The position numbers and the translations under genes are program-made. A stretch of 50,100 nt of DNA, taken from contig NC_068988.1 in assembly GCF_001194135.2 (NCBI RefSeq), forward strand, positions 36,530,383 to 36,580,482, written 5' to 3'. The notes under the pieces were generated by a model. The model did not search any database, had not been told where the DNA came from, and saw only the letters and a program-made list of their open reading frames with translations. Positions 35,040-46,479 of this stretch are shown here, piece by piece; position 1 is the first letter of the stretch, and each line of letters opens with the position of its first letter. The stretch is from Octopus bimaculoides (taxonomy: Eukaryota).

Positions 35040-36610
35040 TACATTTTTTTGGTTTCAAATTTCATTAAATCCATTGTGAGATAGTTAATGAATAGTGAAT
35101 GGTTGAATCTGAATTCTCGTAGTTAGTTATCAGCATGTCTTCCACGTGTCTGCCTGTTCGGCTAGTTGACCGCAGGTGTAATCTGAGGGAGTTATCCCTA
35201 ATTCGGGACATCCGGTGGGGTCAATAGGAGATATGTGTCCCTAAATTATAGGTTGTAGGTAATTCGTATATTTGCAAAGGAAGCCGTAAATAAGAGTAAA
35301 TTTATATGTAGCAGGAGTACGATTTAGCGTGTAAATACAAAGTATCGGAATAATATTTAGGTTTCATGAGTGTAATGAAAAGGAAAAGAAAAAGATAGAA
35401 GGGTTATTTAACGTGTAACAAGAGCTGGTAGTTCTCGACTGAAAAGAATTATAGGAAAAAGGTAGGCTATCGTAGAAAGTAGAAAGGTATATTAATTTTT
35501 TATTGATATGTGTTGGGGTAGGCTAGCGTAGGATCTAGCTATTTTTATTTATTTATAATGTGGGTTGGATATGCGTGCGCTAGTTAGGTTCGGGAAGTTT
35601 AAGGGGAGGTAATATAATGACAAGTAGGTCTGCTAATTACGTTTAAGCTAGGAGATAGAGGTGTATACAGGAATGAGCGGGTTTAGCGAAACTTAGAGAA
35701 AACGAATCAGCCTTTATGCAAACAAAATCTATTATTTTCATATCCTTTACTGAGTAGGGGTGATTTGACCATTAAGATTAGTAGTTTCTCTGTTATACAG
35801 AGCTCACAGCGCTTATTGTTAATAATATAAGACGAGGTTTTTGCTAGGATACACCATTCTAAACTCTAGCCGATTCTTTTTTCTTTTAATTCCCAGATAT
35901 AGCTTCTGAGTTCTGTAGAGTTTGCTGTACTTCTATTTCTAAACGTAGATTCCTGGGAATTATATCTAAGTATCATTTCATTTCTCGTGACTCCTATATA
36001 AGAGTTCGTATGGTTATTTGCGAGTACATCGCATTGGTATATTATGTTTATTTTTTTACACCTATTGGAGAATTGACACTTATTTCTGTCTCTGCAGTCA
36101 CATAAATTATCCAGCTTATCTGTACTTGTGTTATGTTGTGGGGAGTTATCATTTATCAGGTCGTTGTCCGTGTTGTTTGAGGGCAAGTTATTAAGGACGA
36201 GATATATTCCATTTGCCTGTTGGCAGTTATGTTTTATGTTGGTATTTTTCCTAGTTATATAGAAGGCGTCTAGTTTATTTATTGTTGATCGAGGCTATGA
36301 TGGTAGCTAGGTTACTAGCTAGGCTATGGCCTACTCTAATTTCATTGTTAAAGATTCATGAGTATTAGTGATTTAAGTTCAGGTGCTTATATATGTCTCA
36401 TTATTGAGTGAACTATGGTAGATTCAAGCTGTATCGCGAAGGGGATTATTACCCAGATCTTATCGCAATTTCGTTTTTAGTATTATTATTTTTGGTGTAG
36501 AAGTGTTCGTGTAGAGTGTAAAGTTCCTGCTACGATTATTATATTTCTTTCTATAATTACTTTTATTTTTATTATTGCTAGTGTCAGTTTTATTGGGGTT
36601 ATCTCTGTAA
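35040..36610 (-). mobile_element. Penelope-like retroelement 3' part: RT thumb/linker, GIY-YIG endonuclease and long 3' UTR
   Basis: KIWVIIPF and NEIRVGHSLASNLATIIASINNK, then CDCRDRNKCQFSNRCKKINIIYQCDVL..SYIGVT..ILRYNSQESTF..STELRSYIWELKEKRIG*SLEWCILAKTSSY..KRCELCITEKLLIL..CLHKG* (premature TAG 35866-35868; terminal TGA 35707-35709). Upstream part lost in the gap at ~36629. Confidence 0.9.
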
Positions 36611-37084
36611 GGTTTTCCTATATATATANNNNNNNNNNNNNNNNNNNNNNNNNNNNNNNNNNNNNNNNNNNNNNNNNNNNNNNNNNNNNNNNNNNNNNNN
36701 NNNNNNNNNNNNNNNNNNNNNNNNNNNNNNNNNNNNNNNNNNNNNNNNNNNNNNNNNNNNNNNNNNNNNNNNNNNNNNNNNNNNNNNNNNNNNNNNNNNN
36801 NNNNNNNNNNNNNNNNNNNNNNNNNNNNNNNNNNNNNNNNNNNNNNNNNNNNNNNNNNNNNNNNNNNNNNNNNNNNNNNNNNNNNNNNNNNNNNNNNNNN
36901 NNNNNNNNNNNNNNNNNNNNNNNNNNNNNNNNNNNNNNNNNNNNNNNNNNNNNNNNNNNNNNNNNNNNNNNNNNNNNNNNNNNNNNNNNNNNNNNNNNNN
37001 NNNNNNNNNNNNNNNNNNNNNNNNNNNNNNNNNNNNNNNNNNNNNNNNNNNNNNNNNNNNNNNNNNNNNNNNNNNNNNTCTCCT

Positions 37085-37850
37085 TCATTTTCTAGAAGGC
37101 TCTTCCATCTGTCTGATAGGCTTGCAAGGCTTCTCTTCCAAAATTCACTTGTTTGTCTACTGTTCTGACCTCGCCTAAAAAATTCATACTGTTTCTGTCG
37201 AAATTATTTTGAAGGCTGCAAAATAAATGATAATCACATGGGGCAATATCCGCTGAATAATGTACGTGGGGCATCGTTTCCTATTGAAACTGCTCCAGCC
37301 TTTGGAATGTCATCCTCGCTGTATGTGACTGAGCATTATTCTGATGGAAGAACACATTTCGTCTTGAAATCAAAGACGGTCGTTTTTCTTCTATCACTGA
37401 CTTTAACGGCAGCAAGCTGCTCACAGTAGATCTCATTTGTTATTGTTTAGTTTGAGTTAAAACTAAAAAAATGGACTAAATTTTTCATATTCCACCTAAC
37501 AGATAACAACACCTTACGTGAGTGAAGATCTAGGGAGCCGGCGTTTCCCCGTTCTCTATCCTCTGTTTTCGGCGCTTCACATTTTTATAGAAAACTCATT
37601 TCTCGTCAAAAGTCGCTTTTTTATCCGAAAAAGTTTCATTCGTAAGACATGACAGCAAAGAAGAGCACACATTCACTCTCTATACGCCATTAGATTCGAA
37701 AAGTTTATGAGGAACTCATTGATCCAATTTGCTGACTTTTCTGATGGCATGCAGGTGTCGATAAATGGTTGAATAACCAAATTCACGCTTCTCTACAAGT
37801 TCCTCAATAGCTACCATGGGGTATTGTTCCACCATTTTACCCTAATTAGC
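37085..37850 (-). mobile_element. Mariner transposase remnant
   Basis: Minus frames: EELVEKREFGYSTIYRHLHAIRKVSKLDQ*VPHKL, TFDEK*VFYKNVKRR, LHSRKVLLSVRWNMKNLVHF, FFHQNNAQSHTA, HYSADIAPCDYHLFCSLQN. Confidence 0.9.
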
Positions 37851-39014
37851 GAAGCAATGATGAATGGGAAACAATACACAAGTAGTGCGAAAGCACTCGT
37901 ATATTTCGTTCCATGGTACGATATATTTTCATTACAGTAAATCACACGATATTTTAGTATAGGTAGCTGTTGCATTTGACTCCCGACTATAGTTAATTGG
38001 TTATCCCAAATACAGATACGATGTATTTACTGCTGGAGCTTGCTGTCTTTGACAATTTACATTAAATGCCTTTATATATTTCCTCATCTGTTGCTGGGAT
38101 CATTTCAACAATCATGACTATAATCAATATTTATGTCACATCTGCATCTCGTGAGTGTTAGTTGTTACAGGGTCTAACTATAGCAATGACTCATATGAAA
38201 TGTTTCCGAGGAGAGCATTGTATTGGGGGAAGAAAATTCTACTTGCAACTTTTCCTTTTATAAATTATCAATCGTATAGGTTTTCCCTTACTATTAGCAC
38301 TCAAGTTAGCCTTGCTACAAAAATCGCAACGTGCTGAATTTAAAAAGAACATTTGATGTTGCTCATGTAGTATTTGAACTAAACTGATTTTATTGATTGC
38401 AAAGATATGAAGCGTAAAGTACACTACTGTTATTCGAACAACTATCCAAGGCGTTTGAAATCTAATATCATGAAAAAAATAATATCTCGTCCGTGAGAAA
38501 TATCATTCCTTATGATGAGAAATAATCCTATGGTTAATGATTATTTCGAATGCATTATTTTTATACGTATAGTCATATACATACATATATACAGATATAC
38601 ATACATACACAAAGAGACAGACACGCACACGCGCACACACATTCACACGCGCTCACAAACACACATACATACGCACGTTATAAAAATCAGCAAACAGGAA
38701 AATACAATTTTATCCTGTCCCTTCCTTGTGTTGGAAATGTAGAGGAATTACTGCAATTTCCATAATACGTGTAATTTTCTTCTTTTCGTCTGGAACTACC
38801 AGGCAGAATTTTAATATTCCAAAATTACGTGCTACACATTTCTGTTTATTTTTCATTCTCATTTTGTTCTTCACTTTTCTTTCTGTTTTTTCTGGAATAG
38901 CTTGAGTAGAAATAATTTTGAAATAATTTTCGTCCACTGTAATGAAAGAAAAATTTTGACACGATTTTTTCATAACAAATTATGTGTAGTGAGAATTGCA
39001 TATATACACACAGA

Positions 39015-39078
<64 letters not shown>

Positions 39079-40190
39079 TTACATATATGTGTGTGTGTTG
39101 GTATGTGCATGTGTACATACCAATTATGGTAATATTCAGTAATACAAAAGTAGGACCCCCTCCTACCTCAGCAAACATTCAAAATTAATCACACGTTGGT
39201 ATGTTAGCCCAATGTTAAATTGAGTATTATTTCTTATGCATTGTTGCATTGGGAAAGAAAACTTGAAATTATGGTTTAATTTGTAGTTTTATTGCTGTTG
39301 TTATATTCATTAATATTTCGTCCAGAAATGTTTATATCTAATGCAGAAAGACACGAATTGTTTTGGCATATTTGGTTTTTATTTGTGTATTTTATTTATT
39401 TATCTATTGATGTTAATTTTCGAGAAAAATATGGAGAAAAAAATGTCCACAACAGGTATTCATTAAAAAAATAAAATTTATTTGGAAATAACTCTCCGGG
39501 TGAGAAGCCAATTTTAATAATGTTCGTAAGTAAACTTTTTCGGTTATTACATGACTAGAATACGTGACTACATACGCAATAGTTTATAATTGCGTATAGT
39601 TCAACGATGAAAGACCTGTCGTTATATTGTTGCAGGGTAAATAATTCATACGTTTAGTAAGCACATGGCTATATATTTAACTCAGCATACTTCCGTAGTT
39701 TCACCATTCTTACTAGAGCATTTTTGAGGAGATATTCTATACCTGTTAATTTCTGAAGTAATATTAGTATGATATACATAAAATAATTTAAACACTGTTT
39801 GTACACTGTTAGAGGTGATTTAGGATATTATAGTTAAAGAATGGTGAAGTTTCAATGTTATACTCTAGACAGAGTAATTTTAACTGCCAGAAGAGATTAA
39901 AATATACATGCAGGAATCTGGGTTTAATTGTACGTATTGGCCCTTACTGTTGGCAAAGAACGCTTGTCGATCAGATTCACTTAAACATTGGTTGGTGGTT
40001 TCACGTACCAAGTGAGATTCAGAGTATCAGTGAAATGCGTTAATGGTGGCTCGAAAATGAATTAATTCATGAGATCTCGTCTAATTGAATCGTGGGATAA
40101 ATATAGCAATTCCTGTCATTTGTGCGAACACATGAATACAACGAACGTCTAGCGAGGCTGCACAATTATATCAAATCATTTGCGATTTAG

Positions 40191-40192
40191 AT

Positions 40193-40258
<66 letters not shown>

Positions 40259-40275
40259 AGAGAGAGAAAGGAGAG
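40191..40275. repeat. (GA)n microsatellite
   Basis: Read directly; similar tracts at 34730-34775 and 48797-48825. Confidence 0.95.
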
Positions 40276-40700
40276 TGACATGTGTGTGTGTGTGTGCGTG
40301 TGTGCGTACGGACGTCTACAAAATAAAATGCATACTAGTGCCAAATTACAACCTAAAATACAACACTAATGCAGAATCTGCATCAAACGCGGCTTATGAA
40401 ATTAACTCTGGACGACCATTTACCAGAAAATTAATTTCACTTCTGCGTTTATAAATTTAAATGACGTTATGAACAGCAAAGGATGAAATAAATATTACAT
40501 AGGCAAAGAAGTTTAAATCTGATGCACAGGAAAACGTTACACCACCAAGAAACAACACGATCTGAAAAATAACCCTGAGTTAACATTTAGATATTTCCTC
40601 AGCAAATAAAGATCCAAAAATACTTCATGGTTTTATCAGTTCATCAAGAACACTTCAGCACTTCAGACCACTTCCGATTAAATAAGGAAAATATATTTAT

Positions 40701-41308
40701 TAAGGTATATAATTAATTTACAACAAATATATGAATTAATGTAGACGTACCTTGTATTCAATATCTCGGGGTTATGACCCCATTTTCAAGAAAGTAAACG
40801 AATGTTGCCGATGTGCGTGTGTGTGAGCGTGTGTGGAGTGGCCATGCGCGGAATGGTGTTGCTATAGCAACCAGCTAGCTTCATGTAACTTTCTTCTGTT
40901 CTTGATCTTAGGTTTCTTTTATTATATGAGGATGGCCTCAGAGATTCTAAAGTTGCCCTTGTTACACTGTGCTACTTTGATGTGCAATGTGAATTCCTGG
41001 GTCTGGTATTTCTGTAGATGTTTCTTCAAGGAAGTATCTGCCTGTATATGCTCCTTATATACATATAAATATATATGGAATAATTACTTTGAAGCATTGT
41101 AAATGCAAGGTAATTCACAAGGAAAATATGTGAATCAATGTAGACTTACCTTGTATTCAATATTTCGGGGTTATGACCCCATTTTCAAGAAATTAATGAA
41201 TTTTACCGAATCAGCAACGAAATGGAGTCATAACCCCGAAATATTGAATACAAGGTAAGTTTACATGAATTCGCATATTAACTTTATTGTAATTTACCTT
41301 GCATTTAC
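40701..41308. repeat. Triplicated ~85-bp repeat: two direct copies (40701-40812, 41099-41210) and one inverted copy (41220-41308)
   Basis: Core atgtagacttaccttgtattcaatatttcggggttatgaccccattt is read in all three copies. Copies 2 and 3 form a fold-back whose 60-nt core has about 5 mismatches, with a 35-nt loop. Confidence 0.9.
40858..40871. promoter_or_regulatory. Perfect palindromic RFX X-box-like motif GTTGCTATAGCAAC
   Basis: 14-bp perfect palindrome matching the RFX consensus GTNRCY-N(0-3)-RGYAAC; a CpG-containing ccatgcgcgg lies just upstream. Confidence 0.5.
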
Positions 41309-43779
41309 TTCATTTACTTTGTGGGTTGTGTTTGGAAGAGATCTATATAATAAAGAGAATGAATGGAAATTTAGTTAATACTAGGGATGAAAAAGTTTCC
41401 TCATGTAGACGCATGACCAAATTCCTATTTATCAATCTTAAATACTTCTTCACTCCCCTCTTGCTTACATTAATTTTTGGTATACAATTACTCATCACAT
41501 CCACTTTACATCAGTATATCTTACACTATCTTGGTATTTTTTATTTAACGTTTCCTTCTAACAATTGAATGACCCACCATATATTCGGCTAATACTTTAT
41601 CTATCTCATCCTTTTCTCTCAATATGTCTGTTTTTTTTCAAAACAAATTATATATTTCTTTAATATACAAAACCTACAATTGTTCGTATTTTATTCTGTA
41701 TGCATAATGTGTTTATTTATACCCCGACGACCCATTCTAAGTATTTCTGGTTTATGTTACCTGTCACTATACCTGATAATTACATATATCTTACTGCTGG
41801 TATAGGCAAACATGTATGCACATATTGTACTTCTCGGTGTCCTACATGTCGACAACCATGTATACATAGCTAGGTATGGATCATATATGTCATCTGTGTG
41901 TATACTTACTATTTACTATATGTCGCTAGTTACATGGATTTTTAATATGAAGGTGTGTATCTACGTATGTACGTACGTTTCGCATACATATATATACTAC
42001 TATTTTTATTTGTCTGTGTATTTATATCTATAGGTGTGTTTCTTTTCTCTCTTTGCACCGGTATGTATATATATATATTGTTGTACGGTGTTTCTTTGTT
42101 ATGTATACCCTAATAAAAAAACAAATAGGATTCCAATATCTATGTATGCTAATATGCAAATATACCCCTAATCACGTATGAGTAAATATACAAAAACGTT
42201 TTTCCTCATAAGATTATTTTTCTCCGACATTATGTATAAAGCTTTTTGTATACTTATGCGCACACCCATACTCGTATCTTTACTTTTATTCATAATTCAC
42301 AATACTCTTTCATTACTTGAATATTAATACTACCATCATATCCCTTTCACATAATGCCAAGCTAGTTCGTTACCTCATAAGAAATTTTTATTTATACTAA
42401 AATAGTTACTTCATAACTTTACATATGAATACATATAAAATAAACATTTTTATTTACTATTTTCATTTCCAGCTCATTTATCTCCCCTACATTGATTTAT
42501 CTTCTTGTATTCCAACATTTATTATCTATTTCAACTTCACTTGTTTCATCTTTATATCCACAAGTATTTACTATCTAAATTGTAATATTAACAACTATTT
42601 TTCTGTTTTTACTTATTTTTCTGCCTTATATTTAATAAATACTAACAAACATTAGTTCTTATGCAAACATAAGTCCATCATACGCATATTATTCTCCCTT
42701 TAATTCTCTGTATTTCTCTAATACTTGTTTACGTTAACTATCTAGTACTCTCGATAAACTTCATTTTCATGTGTAAGTTTTTTTTTAAATATACAACACA
42801 CTACGTAAAGTTTTCAACTGATAAGTCATATTTTAATTCAAATATAACCATGACTTTCCATAAGTCATCTCTATACAAACTTTACCCTACGCGACTTATT
42901 TGGAGTTAAAATTTCTAATCTCCTTACTCACCTATCGAGGGAAGGTCTCTGATACCTCTTTACTTATATTTTCAAATAACTGTTGTAGCCTTTAGTTATA
43001 GTTAATACCTAACTGGATTCACATCTCTTTCTGATAAGAATGAATCTCCTAGGTTCTATTCTTCTGCTATTTCCTTCCTCAAGTTAATTGCAAAAAAAAT
43101 TGTTTATACTTCCTCCACTGAAAAGTACATTGGTATATAATTAATTAATCTATTTATTTATTTTAATTTAATTCAATTCAATCATGAATTTGCATTGCAT
43201 GATTTTTAGATCACTGTACGAAATGATCGTCTGCATGAATTAATTTTAATTTTTTTAATTTTTTAACAACTTGTCTTCTCCATTTTAAACTAAATTTTTG
43301 ATTTTTATGGGATTTCTTTCCATAAATTCCCCACAATTCATATACAAGTATACACACACACACACACACACACACANNNNNNNNNNNNNNNNNNNNNNNN
43401 NNNNNNNNNNNNNNNNNNNNNNNNNNNNNNNNNNNNNNNNNNNNNNNNNNNNNNNNNNNNNNNNNNNNNNNNNNNNNNNNNNNNNNNNNNNNNNNNNNNN
43501 NNNNNNNNNNNNNNNNNNNNNNNNNNNNNNNNNNNNNNNNNNNNNNNNNNNNNNNNNNNNNNNNNNNNNNNNNNNNNNNNNNNNNNNNNNNNNNNNNNNN
43601 NNNNNNNNNTATATATGCAGAAACAGACAGGCAGACAAACAGACAGAGAAGTGTGGAAGCAAAGAATCAAAATGTGATATCCATATAATCTTCAATTATA
43701 ATGCATATTGTAGTGCTAAATAATTTGAACTGACGTGTGGGGCAAACAGTGGCTATAAAAGAAATGCAGGTTAGCTGAT

Positions 43780-44080
43780 ATGGAGACTGTGATGCAAACA
43801 ATCATGCATGGATTCATTAGAGAAGTTGATATCTTTTATCTGTCTAAGTAGATCCTTCACAATGTTAACCAATGCTGGATCATGTGTGGATTTTTGTGAC
43901 ACTTTTGCGTTATAAGTGACCTTCTCCAAACAGGGATTAGAGGTACTGTATTTGATGACGGGACAGGGTGCCCTACATCTCATTTAAGTAATAAAATCTG
44001 TTCTCTTCTGGAGTCAGACTTCTATGTAGAGATACTTAGGTAGAATTGCGATATTCATTGCAGATGTGCCAAAAATTCTA
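43780..44080 (-). mobile_element. Possible decayed hAT transposase C-terminal relic
   Basis: NFWHICNEYRNST*VSL..NEM*GTLS..P.LEK..K..QKSTH loosely follows FW...EYP.L..DLR..LS..P..E.L..K..Q.SH. Weak. Confidence 0.3.
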
Positions 44081-44188
44081 TCACCAGGTTTGATCGACAG
44101 ATGCTATATATAGAAAACTCGCATATATATATATATTTGTATGTATGTATGTATGTATGTATGTATGTATATAGAAATTTATGTATAT

Positions 44189-44238
<50 letters not shown>

Positions 44239-45137
44239 ATTCACATGTGTGTATAATATAATATATATATATCTGATTGTACATATAAGCAGAAAATGTA
44301 TGTTTTTCCTGATAACTCTCATTTCAGGAAAGCAATAAATATTGGCATTGCCAACAATTATATAAAATATATTCATATATTTGTTTCAAGCAAATATAAA
44401 GCACTTTCTAAATCGATGTCAAAAACATTTCATTTATACGGTCCACTTATAATGAGTTATAAGTGGCACTGCTGAAATGCACCCTAATAACATTTTTTGT
44501 GAATATGTTTCTTAGATTATGAAAGAAAGTTTCTAACTGAACCAATTCTTGTATCAATTTCATTTTGTCTAAATTTATGCAGCTTCCTTTCCCGATCGTA
44601 TCAATTATCTACTTCAGAGTTGTTCGACGTGAGAAGTACCGATTCGAAGGGTACGCTGGGCATGTCGAAGGCGGTGGTGGGCTTTAGAGGATTTCGAGGG
44701 TTGGAGTGAAGTAACATTGAAATAAATTTTAATCATAAAGTTTAAATAATTTAATGACCTTAACGTACCCGACTGAGTCATAAATACAATTCCTTCTGAC
44801 GTCTCTTCTGCTGAAACAAGCTTTCATGAAGAAAATATCATCTGTAAGAATGGGAAAAGAAATGAGTTTGAATCTCCGGCATGTTTTCAACAACTTAATC
44901 ATGAATCATTCTGGCCCAAAATGCAAAGCAAGTATTCTCAGCTTTGGCAAGAAATTAAATTACTTTTCATTGTTTTTCCTTCTTCATATTTAGAAAAATA
45001 ACGATTCAGTGCAGTGACGCTGTTGCAGAGTTAGTAGTGAAATAAACTTTCAATTATTGAAAAAGGTCGCTTACGACTCCTTTTAACAAACATTGAATCT
45101 GATAACGAATATTTAGCTAGAACTCATTACAAGTTAA

Positions 45138-45993
45138 CACGTTGCCTGCCAGAGGATATTGATATGATCTTCTTCTATTTGCCAAAAGGGTTTTATTAAC
45201 TTTCTCAAATCAGAAAGCTGAAATATTTTGTGTGGTGATATACATAATACATGTAATATATGTAATATATTACATAATACATGTAATTACACTACAATGA
45301 CGTGATACGAGTTATCTCATAGTAAAGCGAAATGCTCAGATTGGTTTGCTATGAAGGTCTTGAGGGTATGTTATTCATTATTTGACTATGTCTCTTCATT
45401 GTATAATGCTTTCTTTATTATTTCAGATTTATAAAGAATTATTATAAACTTTGATTTGTAATATAAATATATAAGATGCCAAAAAACCTTTCCAGTGAAA
45501 AAATTGCTAGAATGCTTCAGGAACTCGCGGAAAATGAACTACCGGAAGATGATATCTTAGAGTCAGAGAGTGAATATTCAGATGCTTTAGAGAACAATTA
45601 TGTAGCAAATACCAGTGGAAGTAATACCAGCGACGCCAGTTCTACTGACGATGAACAATTAGTTGCTCGAGGTCGTAAGAGGAAACGCAGTTCTCCTGCA
45701 CCAACTGCACCAAGTTCTCCCGGACCAACTGCATCGACATCTAATACTTATACCTATATATATAGATGTTTTACCAAATATATTTCCTGGCAGGTGCTAC
45801 CATACGAGCTAACTCGTATCACTGGTCAAATGAAGGGTGTCTTTAGTGTTTCCACAACACACACATAGTGTTCCAGTCGCCAGTTCATTTTAAGCGTGTT
45901 ACAATAAAATAGACCTCTACGAGTATGCTCGTACCTGGCAAAATTGTATAGATTGCCAACTGCGAGATAAACTCATAGTTCGCAGTCAACGTG
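45138..45993 (+). mobile_element. Non-autonomous piggyBac-superfamily element (856 bp)
   Basis: TTAA duplicated at 45134-45137 and 45994-45997. TIRs cacgttgcctgcca and (reverse complement) cacgttgactgcga (12/14). Repeated ACGAG-N4-CTCGT palindromic subterminal motifs at 45306, 45802 and 45918. Confidence 0.88.
45476..45868 (+). CDS. Truncated piggyBac transposase N-terminus (acidic region plus basic RGRKRKR) fused to deletion-derived tail
   Basis: MPKNLSSEKIARMLQELAENELPEDDILESESEYSD..STDDEQLVARGRKRKRSS lies inside the TTAA-flanked element. No DDD core is present. Confidence 0.6.
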   Translation: MPKNLSSEKIARMLQELAENELPEDDILESESEYSDALENNYVANTSGSNTSDASSTDDEQLVARGRKRKRSSPAPTAPSSPGPTASTSNTYTYIYRCFTKYISWQVLPYELTRITGQMKGVFSVSTTHT

Positions 45994-46479
45994 TTAATGC
46001 CACGCTGGCATTAACTTGTAATGCATGTCATTGATTTGTAATGCATAAAGCAAATCTACAACTGTTATCTTTGTTAATATTTTTATCATATCATTGTTAA
46101 AGATTTCTTCAATCCATCTTTTTTAGTAAAATTCATAACTTTTCATCCATGTAAAGTTAGTTTAGTTCACTTAGCTGGACACTAGGCATAGCAACTACTT
46201 AAGATGAGCGCTACCCAGAAAAAAAGATTAAGAAACAGTGATCTGATTCCTGAATATGTATATAATCCTGGGATGAATTTCAACATAAAACACAAAACAT
46301 TTATTATTACATTAATGAAAATCATTGTCTTAGTTCGGAAATTTAGCAATGATAGAATTGATGACTTTGGTAGAATTAGTTACAAACTAAATATTACTAG
46401 TTTAATCCTGCGTATGACTATAAACTGCATCCGGTAGTGGGACCCTGAGGCCCTGGTTTCGGGGTTTGAGAAGCTGGCA

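Larger units (their letters stand above)
44615..46240 (+). mobile_element. Internally deleted hAT (Charlie/Buster-type) element interrupted by a piggyBac
   Basis: 44910-45125 translates as FWPKMQSKYSQLWQEIKLLFIVFPSSYLEK*RFSAV..NKLSIIEKGRLRLLLTNIESD..LARTH (hAT dimerisation domain). Degenerate ends cagagttgttcgac and (reverse complement) cactgtttcttaat resemble CAGTGGTTCTCAAC. Candidate 8-bp TSD atctactt / atctgatt (6/8). Confidence 0.7.

Noticed and set aside
41765-41830. CTGATAA followed by ..AAACATGTA (hammerhead-like pieces)
   Set aside because: GAAA is broken (GCAAA), and neither helix I nor helix II can be formed.
42600-43100. Possible GIY-YIG remnant on the minus strand (..DLCLHKN..)
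   Set aside because: Too few conserved residues amid many stops to distinguish from AT-rich noise.
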